A DNA stretch of 59,876 nucleotides, filler included. It is 4 parts of 4 records of this genome, joined end to end, with 100 filler letters (N's around TTAATTAATTAA, not from the genome) between each part and the next. Parts side by side here need not be neighbours in the genome. Positions count along the whole stretch, not along the records: positions 43,544 to 59,876 come from SRR22947725_2410; 3 more parts are not named here. One strand, given 5' to 3'. The notes under the pieces are model-generated. The model did not search any database, was not told the origin of the DNA, and saw only the letters and a list, made by a program, of their open reading frames with translations. Shown in pieces: positions 48,244 to 58,177 of this stretch. The position numbers and the translations under genes are program-made. Within the stretch, counting starts at the first letter, position 1; the number at the start of each line of letters is the position of its first letter.

Positions 48244-48294
48244 TCACAAAGCTACCGGACGGTAATCACGATAATTATGCTGAATTTCTATTTG
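48244..48294 (-). pseudogene. 3' remnant of a second flavin monooxygenase paralog
   Basis: QIEIQHNYRDYRPVAL-stop parallels the C-terminus QIAIQHTYRSYKP of the adjacent gene. Confidence 0.6.
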
Positions 48295-49537
48295 GCTTAT
48301 ATGATCGGTAGGTGTGTTGGATTGCAATCTGGTCGCAAATGAACTTTGCGTCATGCCAAACACCCCAGATAAAGGATGAACCTCGGCGTGATTGCCAAGG
48401 CAACCCAAGAAAATATATTCCTGGTTCTTGGGACACCCCACGCTGATGAAGTGGTTTGCCGAGTTCATCGAAAGTATTTACGTCAAGCCAGTTATAATCA
48501 ACTTTATAGCCTGTGGCCCACAAAACTGTTGTGATCCCTGCTTTTGACAAATTAAGCTTTCGTGTTGGACTAGTCAAACAGTCAGGATCAGGCCAGCGTT
48601 TTCGCTCTTCGAGATCTATTGGTAAATTAAGATTGTGACTTTTGACATAGGCGTCAGCCTCATCAAGTAACCCCAAATGATTTATGTCTCCTTTTTTTAT
48701 ATTCTTTTCCAGGTCATCAGCAAAATAAAAAGTATTTTTTTCATATTTTTCTGCCATTCCAACAAGATGGATTCCACCAAATGCAAAACGTCTGAAATCA
48801 ACAGTTTTACCACCATCCGCACCACTGACAGCAATTGTAACATGTTCTGAGCCTAGGGGAGGAGTTTGCATATCCCATTTACCAAGAACACCCAACCACC
48901 ACACAAAGTCACGTCCGCGGTATCTGCGAGGGGGGCGATCATGTGCGCCAACTGAAAGATACACCTTGCGTCCAGAATTCATTAGCTCCTCAGAAATTTG
49001 CGCTCCTGAAGATCCTGCGCCAATCACCAAAACTGCGCCCTCAGGTAGCTGTTCAGGGTTTCGATATTCATTTGAGTGCATTTGATTAATAGGTGCACAT
49101 TTAGGAATTAGTGGTGGAATAACTGGGTCCTGAAAAGCTCCTGTTGCAGCTATAATATGACATGCTTCAAAGTTACCTGCGCTCGTTGTAACATGAAACC
49201 CGGTCCCACCAGGTATTCTTGTCACGTGCTCAACATTGATGCCACAGCGTACTGGTGCTTTGATTTGACCCACATAGTCAACAAAGTAACTTGCAACATC
49301 CTCTTTTGAAATAAACGCATCATGGTTGGGATCGTCAAAATTGCGACTTGGAAAGCGATCATGCCATGCAGGTCCGTTAGAAACTAGCGAGTCCCATCGA
49401 GCTGATCGCCATTTTTCAGCGATACGATCACGTTCAAGTACGACATGTTGAATTCCATGGTTGGTCAGGTGCTCACTTGCTGCGATTCCAGCCTGGCCAG
49501 CTCCGACCACAAGCGTGTCTACCTTTTCAACTACCAT
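48275..49537 (-). CDS. Flavin-containing monooxygenase (HinF-like, imidazole-acetate ring oxidation)
   Basis: GAGQAG, MHSNEYRNP, IGAGSSG, WATGY; neighbours RidA, DUF1028 and ArgE. Confidence 0.8.
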   Translation of the reverse strand: MVVEKVDTLVVGAGQAGIAASEHLTNHGIQHVVLERDRIAEKWRSARWDSLVSNGPAWHDRFPSRNFDDPNHDAFISKEDVASYFVDYVGQIKAPVRCGINVEHVTRIPGGTGFHVTTSAGNFEACHIIAATGAFQDPVIPPLIPKCAPINQMHSNEYRNPEQLPEGAVLVIGAGSSGAQISEELMNSGRKVYLSVGAHDRPPRRYRGRDFVWWLGVLGKWDMQTPPLGSEHVTIAVSGADGGKTVDFRRFAFGGIHLVGMAEKYEKNTFYFADDLEKNIKKGDINHLGLLDEADAYVKSHNLNLPIDLEERKRWPDPDCLTSPTRKLNLSKAGITTVLWATGYKVDYNWLDVNTFDELGKPLHQRGVSQEPGIYFLGLPWQSRRGSSFIWGVWHDAKFICDQIAIQHTYRSYKPNRNSA

Positions 49538-49622
49538 GATCTTACCCTTTTCAAGCTTTATGGTTTGAGTAAGAATAGGTGATGAATTTTATAAGCGAAA
49601 ACAGTAATTCATTCAGCACTGC

Positions 49623-49637
49623 TTAGGCTGAACCTAA
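49623..49637. promoter_or_regulatory. LysR-type operator TTAGG-N5-CCTAA
   Basis: TTAGGctgaaCCTAA in the divergent promoter; T-N11-A core. Confidence 0.7.
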
Positions 49638-49669
49638 AGTGACCATTAAAGCCTAATAATTCAAAGCAC

Positions 49670-49684
49670 TTAGGTAAATCCTAA
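49670..49684. promoter_or_regulatory. LysR-type operator TTAGG-N5-CCTAA
   Basis: TTAGGtaaatCCTAA. Confidence 0.7.
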
Positions 49685-49801
49685 TTAGAAGTGAGGAAGT
49701 CAATTCTTTTTGAATGCTCAATTTCTAATATGCATGTTTGAAAGGTTTTTCACAGTAGCAAAAAAATCTGCGCTGTTTCATCATCGCACAAAGGAATTAG
49801 C

Positions 49802-50218
49802 ATGGTCCATACCCGCATTCGCAAATTCAATACATCAGATACATATCCTGAGCAAATGCTCGACAACGATCTTTGTCAAGCTGTAGTGACATCTGGAGGC
49901 AAAACCGTTTGGCTGCGGGGTCAATGTCCCCAGAACCTTGACGATGCAGTGAATTTGGCCAGTCATGATCCTGTTGAACAAACACACAAGGTTATGCAAA
50001 ATATTAGGCAATTGATTGAAGAGGCCGGTGGTGAGATGAAGCATTTGGTCAAGATTGTAGTTTACATTACCGATGTGCGGCACCGCGAAGCTGTTTACCG
50101 AACTATGGGAGAATATATAAAAGGAGTATATCCTGTGTCGACTGGCCTTGTTGTGCAAGCATTAGCACGTCCCGAGTGGCTTGTCGAAATTGATGGTACT
50201 GCGGTGATACCAGAATGA
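49802..50218 (+). CDS. RidA-family protein (HinL-like), copy 2
   Basis: Close paralog of 45535-45954. Confidence 0.87.
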   Translation: MVHTRIRKFNTSDTYPEQMLDNDLCQAVVTSGGKTVWLRGQCPQNLDDAVNLASHDPVEQTHKVMQNIRQLIEEAGGEMKHLVKIVVYITDVRHREAVYRTMGEYIKGVYPVSTGLVVQALARPEWLVEIDGTAVIPE

Positions 50219-50892
50219 CCTTTTCACTTGTTTCCCGTTGCCCAGATACTGGAATGTTTGGTGTAGCGATTTCGTCGTCTTCTCCAGCAGTGGCAGCACG
50301 TTGTTCTTATACTCGTGCAGGAGTTGGCGCTGTTGCTTCACAGAATATTACTGACCCAACTTTGGGACCACTTGCGCTCGATTTTATGGCACAAGGTTTG
50401 AACGCCGAAAAAGCCATCATGCTTGTTCGTGAGCAAGGAAAATTTATCGAGTACAGACAGGTGCTTGTGGTTGATTACGAAGGCCGAACTGCAATTCATT
50501 CAGGACCAAATTCGCTGGGTATTTGGACACAGGCTCAGGCCAAAAACGTGGCAGCGGGTGGCAATCTTTTGGCAAATGACACTGTTCCACAAGCCATCAT
50601 TGATGGCTATGAAACAGCCAAAGGTCATATTGGTGATCGTTTGATAGCAGCTATGCGTGCAGGACTTGCCGCAGGAGGTGAAGCGGGCCCGCTGCATTCT
50701 GCAGGCATGCAGATTGCAGATAAAGATAGCTGGCCTATTGCTGATTTGCGCTGTGATTGGACAGAGGATTGCCCGATTGAAAATATTGCAACGGCTTGGA
50801 AAATCTATAAGCCGCAACTGGAGGCCTATATCCAACGTGCACATGATCCACGCGAGGCGCCGTCTTATGGTGTACCCGGTGACGAAGATTGA
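50215..50892 (+). CDS. DUF1028 / Ntn-hydrolase-like protein (HinH-like), copy 2
   Basis: Close paralog of 44864-45538. Confidence 0.87.
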   Translation: MTFSLVSRCPDTGMFGVAISSSSPAVAARCSYTRAGVGAVASQNITDPTLGPLALDFMAQGLNAEKAIMLVREQGKFIEYRQVLVVDYEGRTAIHSGPNSLGIWTQAQAKNVAAGGNLLANDTVPQAIIDGYETAKGHIGDRLIAAMRAGLAAGGEAGPLHSAGMQIADKDSWPIADLRCDWTEDCPIENIATAWKIYKPQLEAYIQRAHDPREAPSYGVPGDED

Positions 50893-50903
50893 AAGGAGAT
50901 ACT

Positions 50904-52400
50904 ATGCTCGATAATACACATCAGGACTGGAAAGCTCGTGCAGATGGCTTGATCCTACGCAACCAGGCATTTATTGATGGCAGATTTGTTGATGCGATCT
51001 CTGGTAAGACATTTGACAGCATCAACCCTGCGAATGGTGCAGTGCTTACTTCAGTTGCTGAATGTGACACTGAAGACGTAAACCTAGCTGTGGCTGCAGG
51101 CAGACGCGCATTTAATGCGGGCTATTGGTCGCGGATGGCACCTGGCGATCGTAAAGTTATCATGCTAAAGTTAGCTGATCTTATCCGGGCTAATCTTGAA
51201 GAAATGGCGCTTCTCGATAGTCTTGATATGGGAAAATTGATAACAGACGCGGTTACTGTTGACGCACCGGGATCTGCACATTTTTTCCAGTGGTATGCAG
51301 AATGTATTGATAAAATTTATGATGAAGTCGCTCCCACTGGCCCTGGGGACCTTGCCCTTGTAAGGCGTGTACCGCTAGGTGTTGTTGGTGCTGTAACACC
51401 ATGGAATTTCCCTCTTGATATGGCTACATGGAAAGCTGCTGCCGCCCTTGCAGCAGGAAATTCTGTGGTATTGAAGCCTGCTGAACAATCACCACTTTCC
51501 GCACTTCGACTTGCTGAGCTCACCGCTGAGGCGGGCATACCAGCTGGGGTATTTAACGTTGTGCCAGGGTATGGTCAGACGGCAGGACGTGCACTTGGAT
51601 TGAATATGGATGTGGACTGTCTTGCATTTACGGGATCGACTGCCATTGGTAAGATGTTCATGCAATACTCAGGCCAATCCAACCTTAAGCAAATCTGGCC
51701 TGAAACTGGTGGCAAGAGCCCTAATATCGTCTTTGCAGATAGTGAGAATTTAGAGGAAGCAGCTGATATGGCAGCATTTGGCATCTTCTTTAACCAAGGA
51801 GAAGTTTGTTCTGCAAACTCACGCCTTTATGTGGAGAGATCTATCAAACAAGAGTTTGTTGCCCTCCTTAAGGCGCGTGCCGAAGTAATGCAACCTGGTG
51901 ACCCACTTGATCCCAAATCAAAAATGGGTGCTATCGTTGATGAAAAACAAACAAACGGCATAATGCGGTTTGTAGAGGCTGGTAAGCAAACAGCAAATCT
52001 TGTGACAGGTGGACAAAGAACTTTTGTGAATGGCAAAGGGTGCTTTGTTCAACCGACAATTTTTGATGATGTCACGCAGGAAAACCCACTGGCACGTGAT
52101 GAAATATTTGGCCCTGTATTGTCAGTAATTTCTTTTGATACTGAAGAAGAAGCAGTGCGTATGGCAAACGATTCTATTTATGGCCTTGCCGCTTCTGTCT
52201 GGACCGATAATTTAAGTCGGGCATGCCGTGTTGCGGATAATTTGAATGTGGGTACTGTTTCAGTCAATACCGTGGATGCACTTTCAGCCCAGACACCCTT
52301 TGGTGGAATGAAGCAGTCGGGTTTTGGCCGTGACCTGTCACTCCATTCACTTGACAAATACACAGCGTTAAAGACTACTTGGATTAAGTATCAATCCTGA
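50904..52400 (+). CDS. Aldehyde dehydrogenase (PuuC-like; candidate imidazole-acetaldehyde dehydrogenase)
   Basis: PWNFP, KPAEQSP, FTGST, ETGGKSP, GEVCSA, EIFGPV; start at the ATG after AAGGAG. Confidence 0.88.
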   Translation: MLDNTHQDWKARADGLILRNQAFIDGRFVDAISGKTFDSINPANGAVLTSVAECDTEDVNLAVAAGRRAFNAGYWSRMAPGDRKVIMLKLADLIRANLEEMALLDSLDMGKLITDAVTVDAPGSAHFFQWYAECIDKIYDEVAPTGPGDLALVRRVPLGVVGAVTPWNFPLDMATWKAAAALAAGNSVVLKPAEQSPLSALRLAELTAEAGIPAGVFNVVPGYGQTAGRALGLNMDVDCLAFTGSTAIGKMFMQYSGQSNLKQIWPETGGKSPNIVFADSENLEEAADMAAFGIFFNQGEVCSANSRLYVERSIKQEFVALLKARAEVMQPGDPLDPKSKMGAIVDEKQTNGIMRFVEAGKQTANLVTGGQRTFVNGKGCFVQPTIFDDVTQENPLARDEIFGPVLSVISFDTEEEAVRMANDSIYGLAASVWTDNLSRACRVADNLNVGTVSVNTVDALSAQTPFGGMKQSGFGRDLSLHSLDKYTALKTTWIKYQS

Positions 52401-52417
52401 TCTAAAGGACAGCTGCC

Positions 52418-53344
52418 ATGTTAAGATTTACACTGCGCCAATTGGAATACTTTATTGCCGTTGGCGAAATGGGCAGCATTGCTCTAGCTGCTGAGAAGGT
52501 AAATGTTTCATCTCCATCAATTTCAGCTGCGATAACCCAGCTGGAACAGGAATATGGTCTACCCCTTTTTGTGCGTCAACATGCTCAAGGATTATCACTA
52601 ACACTAGCTGGGCGCGAGATGTTCAAGCAGGCTAAAATTGCTTTAGGTGAAGCTGTTAGACTTGTAGATCTTGCTGGTGATATATCTGGTAATGTGCAGG
52701 GGCCATTGTCAATTGGTGGGCTGCTTACATTTGCTCAGGTCGTTCTACCGGCATTAAGAGCAAGTTTTGAAAAACTTTTCCCTGATGTCAGAGTAACCCA
52801 GCATGAATTAGATCAGGCACAGATTTTCAGCAAATTGCGACGCAGCGAAATTGATGTCGCTATTACATATGATCTTGATGTGCCGAATGATTTGAGCTTC
52901 GAACCGATCGCTTCCCTTCCACCATATGCAATGTTCTGTGATAATCATCCCCTTGCAAACCGTGCGAGCGTAACAGTCAAGGATCTTTTGCCTCACCGGA
53001 TGGTCTTGCTTGATTTGCCATTCAGTTCAGAGTATTTTTTGTCGTTTTTTGGATCAACAGGAGAAAAACCAAATATTGCAGAGCGCACTCGTGATGTGGC
53101 CGTTATGCGCAGTCTTGTTGCAAATGGTTTTGGATTTTCAATAGCTAATATACGACCTTTAAACGACTTATCTCCTGACGGAAAGCCGTTGCATTTTGTT
53201 CCCTTGGATGGAAACGCAAGACCAATGAAAATAGGACTTTTATCGTCGCGTGATGCAGGCAACGTCAATACTATTAGGACATTCATTGGGCATTGCAAGG
53301 CGGAACACCAAAGTGGACTTATCCCTGGGCTGAACCTTGATTGA
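52418..53344 (+). CDS. LysR regulator (HinK-like), copy 2
   Basis: MLRFTLRQLEYF HTH plus substrate-binding domain. Confidence 0.9.
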   Translation: MLRFTLRQLEYFIAVGEMGSIALAAEKVNVSSPSISAAITQLEQEYGLPLFVRQHAQGLSLTLAGREMFKQAKIALGEAVRLVDLAGDISGNVQGPLSIGGLLTFAQVVLPALRASFEKLFPDVRVTQHELDQAQIFSKLRRSEIDVAITYDLDVPNDLSFEPIASLPPYAMFCDNHPLANRASVTVKDLLPHRMVLLDLPFSSEYFLSFFGSTGEKPNIAERTRDVAVMRSLVANGFGFSIANIRPLNDLSPDGKPLHFVPLDGNARPMKIGLLSSRDAGNVNTIRTFIGHCKAEHQSGLIPGLNLD

Positions 53345-53365
53345 TCTTTAGATCCTATATTTACC

Positions 53366-53380
53366 TTAGCCGTTTCCTAA
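53366..53380. promoter_or_regulatory. LysR-type operator variant TTAGC-N5-CCTAA
   Basis: TTAGCcgtttCCTAA upstream of the dehydrogenase. Confidence 0.65.
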
Positions 53381-53462
53381 TCAGCGGTTTTGCATCATTG
53401 TCTGTTGGTTACACTATGTTCGCGTTATCTTTGTTTAAACTCAATGACTAGGAGATGCACTG

Positions 53463-55544
53463 ATGCGCGATTTGATACGTGACCCACGATATGATGTATT
53501 GTTTGAGCCTATGGACATTGGTCCTGTCACATCGAAAAATCGGTTCTATCAGGTGCCACATTGCAACGGGGGTGGGTACCGCGATCCGTCGGCAGCTGCT
53601 GAGATGCGTGGGGTAAAGGCACAAGGTGGCTGGGGGGTCATTTTCACTGAACAATGTGAGATACACCATACTTCTGAGATTACGCCCTTCATAGAACTTC
53701 GTCTTTGGGAAGATAAAGACATCCCAATGTTGCGCAAAATGTCAGATAAAATGAAAGAGTACGGAGCCTTGGCTGGAATTCAACTGGCTTATTCGGGAAT
53801 CAACGGTCCAAACCTCTATTCTAAAGAAGTGCCAATGGCTGTTTCAGCTGCACCTATTCGTACGTTTACAAACGATCCCTTACAGGCACGTGCGCTTGAT
53901 AAGACTGATATTCGTGATTTACGTCGATGGTTTATAAATGCCGCCAAGCGTTCTAAAGAGGCTGGGTTTGATCTGATCTGTCTTTATGGGGCACACGGTT
54001 TTGGAATTTTTCAACACTTCCTTAGCCGTGCAACGAATCATCGCACTGATGAATATGGTGGTAGCCTCGAGAACCGTGCGCGTTTTGTTAATGAAGTGAT
54101 TTCTGATATGAAGGACGCCGTTGGCGACAATATGGGCATCACTTTGCGGGTGTCACTAGATGAAACCATTGGAGAACTAGGATTTTCCAACTCAGAAGTG
54201 CGCGACTTCATTGAGATGAACCGCGATCTACCTGACCTTTGGGATTTGGCGCAAGGTACATGGGAAGATTGTTCAGGCCCATCGCGCTTCAAAGAAGAGG
54301 GAGCTCAAGAACAGTTAGTGCGTGGTATCCATGAGTTGACTGATAAACCCATTGTTGGCGTGGGGCGTTTCACCTCGCCTGATGTGATGACTAAAATGAT
54401 CCGCTCTGGCACACTTGATTTTATCGGTTGCGCGAGACCTTCCATTGCCGATCCATTCTTACCCAAGAAAATTGAAGAAGGGCGGATTGAGGACATCCGC
54501 GAATGCATTGGCTGTAATATTTGTATTACGGGCGACATGACTATGTCCATAAGTCGATGCACGCAAAATCCGACTTTCATGGAGGAGTGGCGCAAAGGCT
54601 GGCACCCAGAGCAGATGAACGTGAAAGGTAAAAGCGAAAACGTTCTTGTTGTTGGTTCTGGTCCTGCGGGACTTGAAGCAGCACGTGCATTGTCTGAGCG
54701 TGGATACGATGTAGCAATAGCCGAAGCGGACACTGTGATTGGTGGGCGTGTAACACATGAGCGTAAATTGCCTGGCCTGTCTGCATGGGGCCGAGTTATT
54801 GATTATCGAGAATACCAGATCAGCCAAAAGCCTAATGTCGAGACTTACTTTGATAGTGAACTGGACTCAGATAATATCCTTGAATTTGGGTTTCAAAATA
54901 TTTGTATTGCCACTGGTGCAAAGTGGCGAGTGGATGGTGTGAGCCGGCAACATGTTGTCCCGATGCCAATGGATAGTGCGATGCCAATCTATACACCTGA
55001 TGATATTATGTCTGGTAAAAAGTTATCGGGAAAAGTGGTGATTTATGATGACGACCATTACTATATGGGCGGTGTTATGGTCGAACTACTTATTTCGGAA
55101 GGTTGTGACGTTACGATAATAACACCCTCGGCTTATTTGTCTGATTGGACTGTGAATACGTTAGAGCAACATGCGATTCATAAAAAATTGGCTGAGATGG
55201 GTGCAAAAATCGTTCTCAACCGTGGTGTTACACAAATCGCTGTGGGCAATGTCGTGTCTGATTGTGTTTATACAGGCATGATACAGAACTTTGAGTGTGA
55301 CGCAGTTGTGGTAGTTGCCTCCAAATTGGAAAATAATAGTGTCTTCAATATGCTCAAAGAACGTGAGATGGAATGGGCCGATGCAGGTATAAAATCAGTC
55401 AAATTGATTGGTGATGCAAATGCACCTGGTCCAATTGCTTGGGCAACTTATGCGGGACATCGTTATGCACGTGAGCTGGATGGTGAGGATATTGCTGACA
55501 ACTTGCCATTCCGTAGAGAGATTACACAACTGGCAGTGGATTGA
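53463..55544 (+). CDS. Histamine dehydrogenase-like iron-sulfur flavoprotein (TMADH family)
   Basis: KNRFYQVPHCNG.GYRDPSA (flavinylated Cys), PFIELRLW, YGAHG, CIGCNIC-x11-C; closer to recalled Nocardioides histamine dehydrogenase than to TMADH. Confidence 0.85.
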   Translation: MRDLIRDPRYDVLFEPMDIGPVTSKNRFYQVPHCNGGGYRDPSAAAEMRGVKAQGGWGVIFTEQCEIHHTSEITPFIELRLWEDKDIPMLRKMSDKMKEYGALAGIQLAYSGINGPNLYSKEVPMAVSAAPIRTFTNDPLQARALDKTDIRDLRRWFINAAKRSKEAGFDLICLYGAHGFGIFQHFLSRATNHRTDEYGGSLENRARFVNEVISDMKDAVGDNMGITLRVSLDETIGELGFSNSEVRDFIEMNRDLPDLWDLAQGTWEDCSGPSRFKEEGAQEQLVRGIHELTDKPIVGVGRFTSPDVMTKMIRSGTLDFIGCARPSIADPFLPKKIEEGRIEDIRECIGCNICITGDMTMSISRCTQNPTFMEEWRKGWHPEQMNVKGKSENVLVVGSGPAGLEAARALSERGYDVAIAEADTVIGGRVTHERKLPGLSAWGRVIDYREYQISQKPNVETYFDSELDSDNILEFGFQNICIATGAKWRVDGVSRQHVVPMPMDSAMPIYTPDDIMSGKKLSGKVVIYDDDHYYMGGVMVELLISEGCDVTIITPSAYLSDWTVNTLEQHAIHKKLAEMGAKIVLNRGVTQIAVGNVVSDCVYTGMIQNFECDAVVVVASKLENNSVFNMLKEREMEWADAGIKSVKLIGDANAPGPIAWATYAGHRYARELDGEDIADNLPFRREITQLAVD

Positions 55545-55548
55545 GCCT

Positions 55549-56700
55549 ATGAAGCTGACACTTGAGGTTTTGGAGAGATTGGTTGGGTTTGATACAGTAA
55601 GTGGCAAACCAAATGTAGAGATAATAGCATTTATTCAGAACTTTCTGGAAACTCGTGGTGCTCGATGTACACCCTTGCCATCCAAGCAAACTGGAAAGCT
55701 TGGACTATATGCAGAGATTGGGCCGCAATCGTCTGGTGGTATTTTGCTCTCTGGTCATACCGATGTTGTTTCCGTAAAAGGGCAAGACTGGACCCAAAAT
55801 CCTTTTTCTCTAACCCATAAATCGGATCGGCTCTATGGGCGTGGTACTACGGACATGAAGGGCTATGTCGCTTGCATGTTGCGATCAGCTGATATTGCAA
55901 GTCGGAGGCAAATGAAAGAACCGCTCAAGTTAGTTTTTTCTTATGATGAAGAAATTGGTTGTGTAGGTATTCAGGAAATGATGGGCAGTTTGGCTCAAAT
56001 TATTGGAACCCCAAGGGCTTGCTTTGTTGGAGAGCCGACAGAGATGCAGGTGGCTATTGGTCACAAGGGAAAAGTAGAACTTGAAGCGGTATGTTTTGGT
56101 CAGGCTGGACATTCGGCGCTTGCGCCCAATTTTGTCAGTGCATTGCATATAGCTGCCGACTTGATCACAGGCTTGAAGGATATGCAGCGATGGTTTGTAG
56201 ATTATGGTGCGCAGGATATTGCCTATGATATTCCTTATAATACGTTGCATGTTGGTAAGATGTGGGGTGGTGCTGCCCTGAACATGATTCCAGAACGTGC
56301 AATGATGAACTTTGAATACCGCCACCTTGCTGTGGATGCCCCAGCATTAATAATGGATCGGCTACGAGTTATGTCGGAAAAAATTCTGTTACCCTACCGC
56401 GCCGTCTTTGCAGATTCCAAGATAGAGATTAATCAAATCAACGCCTATCCGGGTCTTGATGTTTCAGCCTCTTCTGATGCATCAAAGCTGGCACAGAAAC
56501 TCCTTAAGGTCAAAAAAACAATCAAAGTTACTTTTGGAACTGAAGCTGGTTTTTTTGACGAGCTTGGCATTCCTACCGTTGTTTGTGGTCCTGGTTCCAT
56601 GGCAAGGCAGGGGCACAAAGCAGACGAATACATTAATCATAGTCAGCTTATTTCATGTAACCGGATGTTGGCTGGAATAATTGAAGAGCTGAGTGCATAA
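55549..56700 (+). CDS. argE: ArgE-like M20 deacylase (HinG-like), copy 2
   Basis: LSGHTDVV, GRGTTDMKG, YDEEIGC, GEPT, HKG, GTEAG, GHKADE; start moved to ATG 55549. Confidence 0.85.
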   Translation: MKLTLEVLERLVGFDTVSGKPNVEIIAFIQNFLETRGARCTPLPSKQTGKLGLYAEIGPQSSGGILLSGHTDVVSVKGQDWTQNPFSLTHKSDRLYGRGTTDMKGYVACMLRSADIASRRQMKEPLKLVFSYDEEIGCVGIQEMMGSLAQIIGTPRACFVGEPTEMQVAIGHKGKVELEAVCFGQAGHSALAPNFVSALHIAADLITGLKDMQRWFVDYGAQDIAYDIPYNTLHVGKMWGGAALNMIPERAMMNFEYRHLAVDAPALIMDRLRVMSEKILLPYRAVFADSKIEINQINAYPGLDVSASSDASKLAQKLLKVKKTIKVTFGTEAGFFDELGIPTVVCGPGSMARQGHKADEYINHSQLISCNRMLAGIIEELSA

Positions 56701-56971
56701 TGTTTGATCTACGTGGACTGGATCAAGAGGTGCTTGTTGTTAATCGAATTCATTGATTTGTGTCACACGGCAAAATCTTATGGCAGCTTAATTTAGCATA
56801 AGATGAGTTCATCGTCGATTTAATACAATAAATTTTATCCTTAGAAGTCCTTAGAATACGGAAAGATAAGGTTTTTGTGGATGATCTTGGGCTTTAGGTA
56901 AGTCAATGAAGGCATGATACAACTATATAGAAAATAAACCATAAAGTTCCGTATGCAGGCAAGATTTAATC

Positions 56972-56986
56972 TTAGCTTTTGCCTAA
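56972..56986. promoter_or_regulatory. LysR-type operator variant TTAGC-N5-CCTAA
   Basis: TTAGCttttgCCTAA upstream of the ABC transporter. Confidence 0.65.
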
Positions 56987-57106
56987 TATAGGCTGAGGGA
57001 AACAATGCTTAACCCAATTACGTAGTAATCTTATGATATTAAGATTAGAGTTATTAATAGATATTTTTGATGATGCTCTATTAGCTGTGAAGGAACAAAG
57101 TACGAG

Positions 57107-58177
57107 ATGAACAACAACATCGCAGTTGATATCCAGAATGTTACCAAAATGTACGGTGCATTCGCCGCCTTAAAAGATGTGAATCTTGATATTCGAGACA
57201 ATGAATTCTTCACGCTGCTTGGGCCATCAGGCTGTGGTAAAACCACTTTGTTACGTACAATTGCTGGTTTCGAAGATATTAACAATGGCGCGATTGTTCT
57301 TTATGGACAAAATATTGCTGATTTGCTGCCAAACGAGCGACCAGTCAACACAGTTTTCCAGCAATACGCCTTATTTCCCCACATGAATGTTACACAAAAT
57401 ATCATGTTTGGATTGCTCCGTTTAGGTCATGATAAAGCCACTGCGAAAATCCGTGTGGGTGAAGTGCTCGAACTTGTTCAGCTCTCAGATTTTGCAGACC
57501 GAATGCCAAATCAGCTATCTGGTGGTCAACAACAACGTGTCGCTCTTGCACGTGCTCTTGCACCTAGCCCAAAGGTACTGTTACTTGATGAACCTTTGTC
57601 GGCACTAGATCTAAAGCTGCGACAAGCGGTGCGGTTAGAATTGCAACAAATACAACACCAAACTGGGATCACGTTTATTTTCGTCACCCACGATCAAGAG
57701 GAAGCACTGACCATGTCAGATCGCATTGCAGTGATTGAAGGTGGGCAAGTGCAACAAGTAGGAACTGCGCGTGACATATATGAAGCACCAAAAAACAAGT
57801 TCGTGGCTGATTTCATAGGTGAAACCAATTTACTTGAAGTGAACGTCACAGATCTTGCAGGAGGTAAGGGCTCATGCATTCTGCCTGGTGGTGTGCAGAT
57901 TACTTGCCCCGCCGCAGATGGAGCACATGCAGGCCCAGGCCATTTGTCCGTGCGTCCTGAACGCATTGCAATAAATACAACAGACCGCGGCCTTGTTCAG
58001 GGTCATGCAACACGGCACATTTATCTTGGTACAGATGTGCACGTAGAAGTGACCTTGACCCGTGGTGAAAAAGTTACCGTTCGCATGCAAAACTCTGCAC
58101 AAATTCAGATACCCGAAGTTGGTCAAGCTGTTGGCCTAGAATTCGAAGCAGACGCTGCTCGTCTGTTGGTGGACTGA
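57107..58177 (+). CDS. potA: Polyamine-family ABC transporter ATPase
   Basis: [36 protein letters not shown] tail. Confidence 0.88.
   Translation: MNNNIAVDIQNVTKMYGAFAALKDVNLDIRDNEFFTLLGPSGCGKTTLLRTIAGFEDINNGAIVLYGQNIADLLPNERPVNTVFQQYALFPHMNVTQNIMFGLLRLGHDKATAKIRVGEVLELVQLSDFADRMPNQLSGGQQQRVALARALAPSPKVLLLDEPLSALDLKLRQAVRLELQQIQHQTGITFIFVTHDQEEALTMSDRIAVIEGGQVQQVGTARDIYEAPKNKFVADFIGETNLLEVNVTDLAGGKGSCILPGGVQITCPAADGAHAGPGHLSVRPERIAINTTDRGLVQGHATRHIYLGTDVHVEVTLTRGEKVTVRMQNSAQIQIPEVGQAVGLEFEADAARLLVD

Noticed and set aside
53463-55544. Trimethylamine dehydrogenase call
   Set aside because: Same family, but the substrate-region sequence (GYRDPSA, PFIELRLW) and hin-like neighbours favour histamine dehydrogenase.
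55408-55548. N-terminal extension of the ArgE ORF in the track
   Set aside because: It overlaps the dehydrogenase; the paralog aligns from ATG 55549.
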